A DNA stretch of 46,342 nt from Octopus bimaculoides. Lineage: Eukaryota. This document shows, one piece after another, positions 35,746-46,342 of the stretch. The stretch lies in NCBI RefSeq assembly GCF_001194135.2, contig NC_068984.1, positions 120,690,241-120,736,582 of the forward strand. The letters run 5' to 3'. Numbering within the stretch: position 1 is the first letter of the stretch; each line of letters opens with the position of its first letter. The position numbers and the translations under genes were made by a program. The notes beneath the pieces were generated by a model. It was given only the letters and a program-made list of their open reading frames with translations, did no database searches and was not told where the DNA came from.

Positions 35746-36215
35746 TGTTCAGGACGGTGAACTGTCAGAGTCGTTATCACGCCGGACAAAATGCTTAGCG
35801 GCACTCCGTCCGACTTTACATTCTACTTCAAATTCCACCGAGGTCGACTTTCCCTTTCATCGTTTCGGGGTCAATGAAATAAGTGCCTGTCAGACACTGG
35901 AGTCGATGTAATCGACTAGCTCCCTCCCTCGCTCCCACAAAATTCCAGACCTTGTACCTGTATTAGAAAGAATTATTAATATTATCGGGAACGGCAAACT
36001 GCCGGAATCGTAAGGATGTCGGATAAAATGCTTTGCAGAATTTCTTCTGACTCATTACGTCCGGAGTTCAAATTCAGCCCAGGTCAATTTTTTGCCTTTC
36101 GTCTTTTTGCTGTCGATGAAATAAAAATCAATTGAGCTCTGGAGTCGATGTAATCGATAAGCGACCTCCCTCCCAATTTCAGGCCTCGTGCCTATAGTAG
36201 AAAAGATTTAATATT
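35353..36215 (+). mobile_element. Cluster of about five SINE-B copies, including a B2 tail variant
   Basis: Repeated SINE-B motifs. Variant tail ccgttcgtctgttcttgtttgttccctctatgtttagccccttgtgggcaataacgaaatag at about 35395-35458. Confidence 0.85.
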
Positions 36216-37155
36216 ATTGGATTTTTACATTCAGGATCAGAATATTTTCGTCACTTCTCTATATATCAAATCATACGAGTATTACGTTCAACTGTGTTTT
36301 AAAGGCGTCGTTTTGTTTATATATGTTGCTAAGCACTGCCAATCGTTTTAGTTTATGTGTGCATGTATTCGTGTATGAATGTGTGTGTGTGTGTGTGTAT
36401 ATATGTATAGGAGAGAGAGAGAGAGAGAGTTTGTAGCTCTGGTAAGCGTTTTTATGTGCGTAGGTGTGTGTGTGTGTGTGTTTGCTCAGTGTCAAATAAA
36501 CAGAAATGTGAACAATACAGTGTATTTGCCAGATTAAGAGATAAAGCAGATATAAATTCTCTCACACGTACACACACACACACACACGCGCATACTTACG
36601 GACACGCACAAAACACGTACACATACACACGCCCACATACACACGTACCTAACTCTTCACATAAATGCACAAACATCCCCTTACCGATGCATAAGAATGC
36701 TCACTACAACAAACTAACAACTACACACATACATGAACACACACACACACTTAAACGATTGGTAATGCTCAACAGCATGTAAACAAGAAGGAGCTCTTGT
36801 AAAAAACAGTTGAATTTATTGCTCATATGACAAGACTACAGAGTTGTAACGAAAGTATTCTTTCATAGAATAGTACTCTTTCATAGACTGGCCCTCTCCC
36901 CGCCAAATTTTGGGTCTTGTGCCCATAGTAGAAAAGAAATTGTAGAGCATCAGAGAGATGCCTTGTGGTATTCATTCTGGCTCTTCGTGCTCTGAATTCT
37001 GAGACGGTTGACTTAATCTGCTACCTGGGTGAACTCAAACACCCGATCTTTGTGTCTTTAGTAGAGTTTACTCTGTTGCAAGCACTTTGGGTCGGGTTAT
37101 TGGAGGAAGGATAACTTCGCGTATTTTTCTTTCCACTAGTCTTGGTAGATCTGAA

Positions 37156-37206
37156 TAAATAAATAAATAAATAAATGAATAAATAAATAAATAAATAAAT
37201 AAATAA
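37156..37206. repeat. (AAAT)n tetranucleotide repeat
   Basis: Seen directly. Confidence 0.95.
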
Positions 37207-37420
37207 AGGGCTGTGGTCAATGTCTTTCCCTTCTTGACTAACCGCTAAAAAATGTGAATGTAAAAAGAATTCTAAGGAATATAAAAGTAAAGAAAATATA
37301 GCGTCTAACGAGGGACATGACTGTCCCTTTTGGTTAAAATTTAAAAAGTTAATCAATGAAATCTTTAATTACTGTTAGCTGTGTACATTAAGAAATTAAT
37401 TTTAGATCATAAATAAAAGT

Positions 37421-37640
37421 TGAAGGAACGTGGCCCCGTGTCAAAATTGGGATTTCCATTTCCCGACAGAGCAGCAAATTGTGTTCTTGAGCAAAACACT
37501 TCATTTCACGTTACTCCAGTCCATTCAGCTGTAAATAACCCTGCGATGGACTAACACCCTGTTCGGGGAAAATGTTGAGGTCCAAGTCACTTATACGCCA
37601 TAGAATCCAGGTAAGTGACCTTATGACGCCTAGCACGCGA
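37421..37640 (+). mobile_element. SINE-C variant (degenerate head, shared core, different 3' module)
   Basis: tgtgttcttgagcaaaacacttcatttcacgttactccagtccattcagctg core, then aaccctgcgatggactaacaccc. Confidence 0.75.
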
Positions 37641-37682
37641 AGCAGTAATGTTCGTAAATGAAAGAATCCCGATGAATTTAAG

Positions 37683-37699
37683 AGAGGGAGAGAGAGAGA

Positions 37700-37731
<32 letters not shown>
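37683..37731. repeat. (GA)n microsatellite
   Basis: Seen directly. Confidence 0.95.
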
Positions 37732-37736
<5 letters not shown>

Positions 37737-37830
37737 TAGCGTCTAATGAAGGACACTACTGAGTCATTTTTTATGAGTTATTCAAAGATATTGTTGTTGG
37801 CCTTCTACCCAAAGAAATTATTCTTAGCTC

Positions 37831-38201
37831 ATAGGCGCAGACGTTGGTATGTTGTTAAGAACTTGCTTCCAGACCACTTGGGCTTGATTTCAATCCTTGG
37901 GCAAGTGTCTTATACTATATCCCTTGGCTGACCAAAGCTTTGTGAGTGGACATGGTAGATAAAAACTGAAAGAAGCTTACCTCACACGCACACACACATA
38001 TGTGCGTGTGTTTGTATGTTTGTGTTGTGTTTGTTTCCCAACACCACTTGACAACTGGTGTTGGTTTGTTTGCGTCCCCATAACTTAACGGTTCGGTTTA
38101 ACAGGTTGATGGTATAAGCACCAAGAGGTTTGTTCGAGTAAACTTTTCAAGGCGGTGCCCCAGTATAGCCGCAGTCCAAAAACTGAAATAAGTAAAAGAT
38201 A
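37831..38201 (+). mobile_element. SINE-A, old full-length copy
   Basis: ccttgggcaagtgtctt core, central CA/GT tract, tail tcaaggcggtgccccagtatagccgcagtcc. Confidence 0.8.
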
Positions 38202-38224
38202 TTTCGGTATTTATTAAAAAAAAA

Positions 38225-39290
38225 AAACTGGTTTTAAATTTTGGCACAAGGCGAGCAATTTCGGGGAAAGGGGTCAAATTGATTTCATCGACCCCAGTTC
38301 CAACTGAAACTATTTTATCAATGCCGAAAGGATGAAACGCAACGTCGACCTCGGTGGAATTTGAACTCAGAACATAAAGACGGACGAATTCTCGCGAAGC
38401 ATTTTGTCCGACGCCGTTACAATTCTTATTTCTTTATTGCCCACAAGGGGCTAAACATAGAGGGGACAAACAAGGACAGAAAAAGGGATTAAGTCGATTA
38501 CATCGACCCAGTGCGCAACTGGTAATTAATTTATCGACCCCGAAAGGATGAAAGGCAAAGTCGACCTCGGCGGAATTTGAACTCACAACGTAACTGCAGA
38601 TGAAATATCACTAAGCATTTTGCCCGGTGCCGTTACAATTCTGCCAGCTCACTGCCTTCTATTCTTGGGTAGATATTGGTTTCAGATTTTGGTACAAGGC
38701 CAACAATTTCTGACAAGGGGCTAAGTCGATTACATCGTCTCCAGTACTCAACTAGTACTTATTTTACTGACCCCCNNNNNNNNNNNNNNNNNNNNNNNNN
38801 NNNNNNNNNNNNNNNNNNNNNNNNNNNNNNNNNNNNNNNNNNNNNNNNNNNNNNNNNNNNNNNNNNNNNNNNNNNNNNNNNNNNNNNNNNNNNNNNNNNN
38901 NNNNNNNNNNNNNNNNNNNNNNNNNNNNNNNNNNNNNNNNNNNNNNNNNNNNNNNNNNNNNNNNNNNNNNNNNNAGTACGCAACTGGTAATTAATTCATC
39001 AACCCCGAAAGGCAAAGTCGACCTAGGCGGAATTTGAACTCAGAGCGTAAAGACCGCTAAGCATTTAGCCCGGCGTGCTAACGTTTCCGCCAGCTCGCCG
39101 CCTTATAGATGTTATAAAATTTTGGTTTTAAATTTTGGCACAAGTCCAGTAGCATGGGGAAGTGGGTTAGTCGATTACGTCAACCTCAATGATGAACTGG
39201 TACTTATTTTATCAACTCCGAAAGGATGAAAAGCAAAGTCGACCTCGGTGGAATTTGAACTCAGAACGTAATGACGGACGAAATGTCACT
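38225..39290 (-). mobile_element. Cluster of about five SINE-B/B2 copies around a gap
   Basis: Antisense SINE-B motifs. B2 tail at 38427-38490. Confidence 0.87.
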
Positions 39291-39961
39291 CAAGCACAGT
39301 TACAATCTTACACTTGCAAGTTAGGGGACATAACTCTCTCTACGTTGACAACATATTAACTCCTAGCAATCGTCTTCTCCTTGAAGGGGATGGTGGCGAA
39401 CCCTGCTGTACTCTTTCACCACAACTTTCTCTCACTCTTACTTCCTGTTTCTGTTGTGCCTGTAATTCAAAGGTACACCAGCGTTAATTTTTCGTTATTT
39501 TTTTTTTATCCTGCTTTTGACACGTTCAGTTCTGAAGATTAAAAAAAAGTGAGAGGGTGGGGTGGTGGTAAAAAACGCATTTCATATGGAAAGTATAAAA
39601 AATCAACAACTTATTTTAAAATTAAAATTTAGAAACAGAATATAGAAGACTTAGACACACCTGGTTTTGTTTTACAAAATTATGCAAAACATGTTTTCTC
39701 AAGAAGTTCAAACTTTCGTATGAATTTTTTAAAGCGTTAAAATATGTTTTTAATTGCCTGCAACACAGCTTTGCGATGTGCCTTTGAGAATCACTACAGT
39801 AGAATGGAGAATTGCCTGTAGTATGAGTTTCAAATTTTGGCACAAGACCGGCAAGTTCGGGCTTAGGCGATTACCTCGAACCCAGTGCTCAGCTAGTACT
39901 TGTTTTAAAATAAATAAATATCATTGAGATGGAAATAGGGAAATACGTATATTATTGTATG

Positions 39962-40176
39962 TAGATTTTTCTGTGTCTAGGGAGAGTCATATTGTCTTAA
40001 TGTTTTATTATCTTACACACCGAATCGATTTTCACTCATTTATTATTTATATTTTTTTTCTTTTAAAATTTTCGTTGCTTTTGCAACTTTGTCAATGAGT
40101 GGAAATCGAATCGGTGAATGAGTTAGATAATAGGGTATTGAGACAATATGACTCTGCCCAGACACAGCAAAATTTG
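39962..40176. mobile_element. Foldback/MITE-like element with long imperfect inverted arms
   Basis: 39971-40040 (ctgtgtctagggagagtcatattgtcttaat...accgaatcgattttcactcatt) is the reverse complement of 40094-40167, with an AT-rich spacer of about 53 bp. Confidence 0.8.
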
Positions 40177-40363
40177 CTTCAACACACGAATTCACATAAA
40201 GAATCTTGCAAACCAGACACAAAGACGAAATTGTAGGTAGAGTTATCTACATTTATAAGTATTCAAAGGGAAAATATTTAGGAAAATGAAATATTTTCAA
40301 TTCATATGTGATTTCTCATTAGCCGGCGAGAATCGTTAGCACGTTGGGCAAAATGTTTAGAAG

Positions 40364-41749
40364 TGTAGTAACGCCGTGCGCATGCGTAGTCTCACGCATG
40401 CGTGGAATTCAACAACCAAGCTTTCCCGCTTTGATCGATCTCTTTCTTGCTGGCCAGCAATTGAGCAAGGACGTGTCTAGCTGTCTCTCCATCTTTCGAA
40501 CTCACGCTAGACAGCTCACATCAATATACCAACGTCCCAACAACCATGTTCTCACACACCGAAGACGTCTCAACAAATAAGATTAAAGATGTATATTTTC
40601 CACCTTGAATAAATGTTGTTTGTGTTANNNNNNNNNNNNNNNNNNNNNNNNNNNNNNNNNNNNNNNNNNNNNNNNNNNNNNNNNNNNNNNNNNNNNNNNN
40701 NNNNNNNNNNNNNNNNNNNNNNNNNNNNNNNNNNNNNNNNNNNNNNNNNNNNNNNNNNNNNNNNNNNNNNNNNNNNNNNNNNNNNNNNNNNNNNNNNNNN
40801 NNNNNNNNNNNNNNNNNNNNNNNNNNNNNNNNNNNNNNNNNNNNNNNNNNNNNNNNNNNNNNNNNNNNNNNNNNNNNNNNNNNNNNNNNNNNNNNNNNNN
40901 NNNNNNNNNNNNNNNNNNNNNNNNNNNNNNNNNNNNNNNNNNNNNNNNNNNNNNNNNNNNNNNNNNNNNNNNNNNNNNNNNNNNNNNNNNNNNNNNNNNN
41001 NNNNNNNNNNNNNNNNNNNNNNNNNNNNNNNNNNNNNNNNNNNNNNNNNNNNNNNNNNNNNNNNNNNNNNNNNNNNNNNNNNNNNNNNNNNNNNNNNNNN
41101 NNNNNNNNNNNNNNNNNNNNNNNNNNNNNNNNNNNNNNNNNNNNNNNNNNNNNNNNNNNNNNNNNNNNNNNNNNNNNNNNNNNNNNNNNNNNNNNNNNNN
41201 NNNNNNNNNNNNNNNNNNNNNNNNNNNNNNNNNNNNNNNNNNNNNNNNNNNNNNNNNNNNNNNNNNNNNNNNNNNNNNNNNNNNNNNNNNNNNNNNNNNN
41301 NNNATCTTGTGGGTGGTTTTCAGTGGCCATCCTGCCTCAGGCGTTCCAACAAAAAAATTATATTATCGTGCGTTCCACACTGGCGAGGGGAGCCCTGTAG
41401 TAACGCCGTGCGCATGCGTAGTCTCACGCATGCGTGGAATTCAACAACCAAGCTTTCCCGCTTTGATCGATCTCTTTCTTGCTGGCCAGCAATTGAGCAA
41501 GGACGTGTCTAGCTGTCTCTCCATCTTTCGAACTCACGCTAGACAGCTCACATCAATATACCAACGTCCCAACAACCATGTTCTCACACACCGAAGACGT
41601 CTCAACAAATAAGATTAAAGATGTATATTTTCCACCTTGAATAAATGTTGTTTGTGTTAAAAGTTTGGAGTTCAGCGTTCCGTTCATATTTTAATTTAAT
41701 ATAGGAAAGTCAGGTGTACATCTAATGATGTATAACCCACCAACCTATA
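40364..41749 (+). mobile_element. Young LTR retroelement (Gypsy-like) inserted in a SINE-B, interior mostly in a gap
   Basis: Left LTR 40364-40627 (cut by the gap) is identical by eye to the start of the right LTR 41396-41749 (354 bp, TGTAG...CTATA). GAAG is duplicated at 40360-40363 and 41750-41753. PPT-like GAGGGGAG precedes the right LTR and AATAAA lies at 40608. Removing the insert restores the SINE-B sequence aaaatgtttagaagtatttc. Confidence 0.88.
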
Positions 41750-41753
41750 GAAG

Positions 41754-42365
41754 TATTTCACCCGTCTTTACGATCTGAGTTCAAATTCTCCCGATGTCAA
41801 TTTTGCCTATCATCCTTTCGGGGTTCATAAAATAAGTACCAGTTGAACACTGGGGTCAATGTAATCAACTTACCCTCTCCCTCGAAATTGCTGGCCTTGT
41901 GCCAGAATTTGTAACCGATATTTATTAACAAAATAAGTCAACGAGCTGGCAGAATCGTTACCGCGTCGGACAAAATGCTTAGCAGCATTACATCCGTCTT
42001 TGAGTTCGAATTCTGCCGTGGTTGACTTTGCTTTCATGCTTTCGGGGTCGATAAAATAAGTACCAGCTGAGCACTGGGATCGATTTAATTCAACTGGCCC
42101 TCTTCTCAGAAATTTCGGGCCTTATGCATAGAGTAGAAAAGAATAAAATAAGTCAACGAGCTGGCAGAATCGTTACCGCGTCGAACAAAATGCTTAGTGG
42201 CATTTCGTCCATCTTTAAGTTTTGAGTTCGAATTCCGCCGTGGTTGACTTTGCCTTTTACCCTTTCGGGGTCAATAAAATAAGTACCAGCTGACTACTGG
42301 GGTCGATGCAATCGAATAGCCCCCTCCCACATAATTTCAGGCCATGTGCTTGTAGTAGAAAGGAT
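41754..42365 (+). mobile_element. Remainder of the interrupted SINE-B plus two tandem SINE-B copies
   Basis: SINE-B motifs. Units at 41930 and 42145 share private variants. Confidence 0.87.
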
Positions 42366-42664
42366 ACGAGAAACCTCATTGATTTTCGGTTCAAATGTTA
42401 TTTTTCGGAACTGAATGGTCTTAAAGAACAGCATCATCAACAATAACAACTATAGCAAAAATGAAATCAATAAAACAGTTAAACAAAGGGACATCAACAT
42501 TGCAACAACACAATGACAGAATTAGCAGCGAATTTAAACTCAAATTATATCCTACTAAATCAGCCGAAGAAGGAGCTTCCACATTACGGTATCGACCGGA
42601 GTTTCGGATGTTGTTTTATACCGCTTGTCACAATGCGCTTCCTCATATTGCTGTAGCTTTCCTA

Positions 42665-42888
42665 TAAGCCTTTCTACTATAGGCACAAGGTCTGGAATTT
42701 GAGGGGAGGGGGATAGCCCATTACATCGACCCCAGTACGTAACTGGTACTTAATTCATCGCCCCCCCCCCCGAAAGGATGAAAGGCAAAGTCGATTTCGG
42801 CGGAATTTGAACTCAGAAGGTAAAGTCGGGCGAAATACCGCTATGCATTTCGCCCGGCGTGCTGACGTTTCTGCCAGCTCGCCGCCTT
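42665..42888 (-). mobile_element. SINE-B, well-preserved full-length copy
   Basis: tttctactataggcacaagg ... ttctgccagctcgccgcctt. Confidence 0.92.
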
Positions 42889-42960
42889 TCACTTAATGCC
42901 CCCTCCAGTGTCAAGGCGAGCACGCAAATAGCGTATAAGGGACAGATACTCGACATTCTC

Positions 42961-43132
42961 ACTAAACGGGATGTCAATCCGTCTCAGGATAACTAATTTA
43001 GTTGAGTGAACTGGAGCAACGTGAAATGAAGCGTTTCGCTCAAAAACAGAAGGCACCGCCCGGTACAGGAATCGAAAGCACGATCGTGAGATCGTGGATA
43101 CGATACCTTAACTACTAGACCACTTGCCTTCA
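42961..43132 (-). mobile_element. SINE-C variant, degenerate
   Basis: Head TGAAGGCAAGTGGTCTAGTAGTTAAGG...TTCGATTCC, core TTCATTTCACGTTGCTCCAGTTCACTCA, then CCTGAGACGGATTGACATCCCG. Confidence 0.75.
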
Positions 43133-43151
43133 TATAGTATCTTCCACATAT

Positions 43152-43320
43152 CGCAGGTGTGGCTGGATGGTAAGTAGCTTGCTTACCAACTACATGGTTC
43201 CGGGTGCATTCCTACTGCGTGGCACCTTGGGCAAATGTCTTCTACTATAGCCTCGGGCCGACCAAAGCCTTGTGAGTGGATTTGGTAGACGGAAACTGAA
43301 AGAAGCCCGTCGTATATATG

Positions 43321-43355
<35 letters not shown>

Positions 43356-43761
43356 GTTTGTGTGTCTGTGTTTGTCCCCCCAGCATCGCTTGACAACCGA
43401 TGGTGGTGTGTTTACGTCCCCGTAACTTAGCGGTTCGGCAAAAGAGACCGATAGAATAAGTACTAGGCTTCCAAAGAATAAGTTCTGTGGTCGATTTGCT
43501 CGACTAAAAAGGCGGTTCTCCAACATGGCCGCAGTCAAATGACTGAAACAAGTAAAAGAGTAAAAGAGAGTAAAGAGTATATCTNNNNNNNNNNNNNNNN
43601 NNNNNNNNNNNNNNNNNNNNNNNNNNNNNNNNNNNNNNNNNNNNNNGCATTCCTACTGCGTGGCACCTTGGGCAAATGTCTTCTACTATAGCCTCGGGCC
43701 GACCAAAGCCTTGTGAGTGGATTTGGTAGACGGAAACTGAAAGAAGCCCGTCGTATATATG

Positions 43762-43796
<35 letters not shown>

Positions 43797-44025
43797 GTTT
43801 GTGTGTCTGTGTTTGTCCCCCCAGCATCGCTTGACAACCGATGGTGGTGTGTTTACGTCCCCGTAACTTAGCGGTTCGGCAAAAGAGACCGATAGAATAA
43901 GTACTAGGCTTCCAAAGAATAAGTTCTGTGGTCGATTTGCTCGACTAAAAAGGCGGTTCTCCAACATGGCCGCAGTCAAATGACTGAAACAAGTAAAAGA
44001 GTAAAAGAGAGTAAAGAGTATATCT
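43152..44025 (+). mobile_element. SINE-A (43152-43575), repeated identically after a 62-N gap (43647-44025)
   Basis: 43206-43584 equals 43647-44025 including the flank. Probably one element shown twice by the assembly. Confidence 0.85.
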
Positions 44026-44239
44026 CAGTATGCTAGATATAACAGCCATTTTTTTCTTCAAAAAGCACTCAACAACTTCATGCATGTTTATATATATGCT
44101 TGAATCAAAGAGCAAGATCTTCCTCAAACTATAGGCTTCTGTCTCATGCCATTTCAATACAATACCCAATCACTACCGGGTACCTCAGTTTTTCAAAAAC
44201 TAAACTAAAAAAATAGTGTTAGCAATTAACATGTTTCAA

Positions 44240-44999
44240 TATTCTTTTCTACTCTAGGCACAAGGCACGAAATTTTGGGGATGGGACCAGTCGATTAGCT
44301 GACCCTAGTACCAAACTGGTACTTAATTTTTCGACCTCGAAACGACTCACCGCCTTGCACATGTTTCAATACTAATGAAACTAAAGCGGTGAGCTGGTAG
44401 AATCGTTAGCAGGCCGGGCAAAATGCTTAGCGACATTTCGTCCGTCAGTACGTTCTGAGTCCAAATTCCGCCGAGGTCGACTTTGCCTTTCATCCTTTCA
44501 GGGTCGGTAAATTAAGCACCAGTTACGCACTGGGATCGATGTAATCAACTTATCTTCTCCCCCAAAATTTCAGGCCTTTTGCCTGTAATAGAAAAAAGAT
44601 ATTAATAGTAAAACTAAAGCGATGAGCTGGTCGAATCGTTAGCACTCCGAGTATAATGCTTAGCGGCATTTCGTCCGACTGTATTTTCTGAGTTCAAACT
44701 CTACCGGGGTCGACTTTACATTTCAACCTTTCGGGGTCGATAAAATAAGTATCAGTTATATAATCGACTGGATATAATCGACTTAGCCCTTTTCCGTGCC
44801 AAAATACAGAACCAATATTAATAGTAAAACTCCGTCAGTACGTTCTGTGTTGAAATGCCGCCGAGGCTTTGCTTTTCATTGTCTTAAGATCGATAAAATA
44901 AGTACCAGTTGACCATTCGGGTGAATGTAATCGATTGCCCTTCCGCTGAACTTATTGGCCCTGTGCCAAAATTTGAAGTCAACATTTAAGAGTAAAACT
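44240..44999. mobile_element. SINE-B cluster: one minus fragment, then three plus copies
   Basis: SINE-B motifs at about 44240-44345 (minus) and 44383-44590, 44616-44810, 44832-44985 (plus). Confidence 0.85.
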
Positions 45000-45046
45000 G
45001 CAAAGAAATATAATTTTAATAGTCATTTTGTAATTTTTTTAATCGT

Positions 45047-45240
45047 TTATTTGTTTCAGTCATTGGACTGCGGCCATGCTGGGATAGCGTCTTGAATGGG
45101 CTTGTTGAACAGATCGACCCCAATTCATTCTATCGGTGTGTATGGGGACGTAAACAAACCAATATAGGTTTCAAGTAGTAGCGGGGGATGGGAGCGGTTG
45201 GCAAACACAAGCACAAACACACACACACAGACAGACACAT
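45047..45240 (-). mobile_element. SINE-A 3' fragment with internal deletion
   Basis: tttatttgtttcagtcattggactgcggccatgctgg...ggggacgtaaacaaacc. Confidence 0.78.
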
Positions 45241-45978
45241 GTGCGTGCGCGAACATGCATGTATTTAAAAGCATGAAATTTTTAAAAAACAGACACCTAT
45301 AACCCATCCTGAAGTGGAAAATCAAAGCATAGATGCGAAAATATGTAACAATCGTTTATTAAACTAATATATTTTTTTAAATATTTTTTCGTGCTCCCAA
45401 TTTTTTCATGAACCAATTACCGACGTAAGTTGAAGTATAGCTGTATTTTTCTTAAATTATATACAGAATATTTTTCACTTTAACTATTTTTCCCGGCAAA
45501 AGAAACACGCGCGCGCGCGCCAAAAGGAAAATAAATGAACGAGAAAACACAAATGGAATTTCAACTGTTCAATGTCATATTTTACTTCAGTGGATAATAT
45601 ACAACAATCAAATTAGAATACGGATATGGTACTAGATCATTTTATCATTAACTGGGTATTTATTCTTATAAATCTAGTTGTAAAATCGTTTTATTTTAAT
45701 ATAATCATAAAAGTTTAGGAAAATGTATTCGAAGGCATAATGTTTAGCTAACATGTTAAGGGAAGCAATCAAAAACTAACTGTTCCATAAATTTAGGAAG
45801 TTATTTCCCTTGCATTAATAACCTCGCGTTTTGGCATTTTCGTTTCACCAGTTTGCTGTCGCTTTGGTTATTATTAAGTTATTCCTAAACTTTGAATCCG
45901 TTTTCTTGTATTGAAATTCCATTATACATAGGAAAAACAGTGTACATATACATAATAACCCCCTTATATATATTTTAG

Positions 45979-46342
45979 ACGCAGGTGTGACTGTGCGGTA
46001 AGAAGCTTGTATCCAACAACATAGATCCGGGTTCAGTCCCACTGCGTGGCACCTTGGGCAAGTGTCTCTTACTATAGCCTCGGGTAGACCAAAGCCTTGT
46101 GAATGGATTTGATAGACGGAAAGAAACCCGTCGTATATATTTATATATATATATATATATATAGGTATATGTGTGTGTGTGTATTTGTGTGTTTGTGTCA
46201 ATGTGTGTCCTCGCACCATTGCTTGACAACCGATGTTGGTGCGTTTATGTCCCCGTAACTTAGCGGTTCGGCAAAAGAAATCGATGGAATAAGTACTAGG
46301 CTTACAAAGAATAAATCCTGGGGTCGATTTGGTCGATTAAAA
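45979..46342 (+). mobile_element. SINE-A running off the window end
   Basis: gacgcaggtgtgactgtgcggtaag head, gggttcagtcccactgcgtggcaccttgggcaagtg core, internal (TA)(TG) tract. Confidence 0.92.

Noticed and set aside
2920-41612. Long ORFs containing X runs (for example 2920-4053, 4278-5102, 24892-25707, 30243-31046, 40605-41612)
   Set aside because: They stay open only because they cross N-gaps. They are not evidence of genes.
43206-44025. Apparent 441-bp-period tandem duplication of SINE-A
   Set aside because: The identical 379 bp, including unique flank, sits on both sides of a 62-N gap with no target duplication. Most likely unmerged contig overlap, which long reads would settle.
13584-46229. 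Recurrent ORFs such as YDGLLSVSVYQIHSQGFGRPEAIVEDTCPRCHAVGL and RRASFSFRLPNPLTRLWSARGYSRRHLPKVPRSG
   Set aside because: Antisense translations of the SINE-A head, not a gene family.

Overview
Eukaryotic, AT-rich, repeat-dominated draft-assembly sequence with 13 N-gaps, most bordered by microsatellites. The repeat families look like those of an octopus/cephalopod genome (recognised from memory, not verified). No intact protein-coding gene could be supported, and nearly all long ORFs in the track are gap or microsatellite artefacts. The window holds three tRNA-derived SINE groups, labelled here A (about 430 bp, internal microsatellite), B (about 215 bp, (ATT)n tail, dense clusters) and C (modular 3' ends). 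It also holds decayed DNA transposons (Tigger/pogo, two mariners, a maT/DD37D-like and a Tc1-like relic, a mariner-type MITE), LINE relics (R4/Dong-like, Tx1/L1-like, RTE) and a very young LTR element inserted in a SINE. The most unusual item is a minus-strand cassette at about 27955-28340 in which a tRNA-Ile(AAU)-like Pol III head is followed by a Penelope-type minimal hammerhead ribozyme. Also notable are a SINE ending in TTAGGG repeats and several nested insertions with visible target-site duplications. Coordinates of degenerate repeats are approximate and all translations were done by eye.
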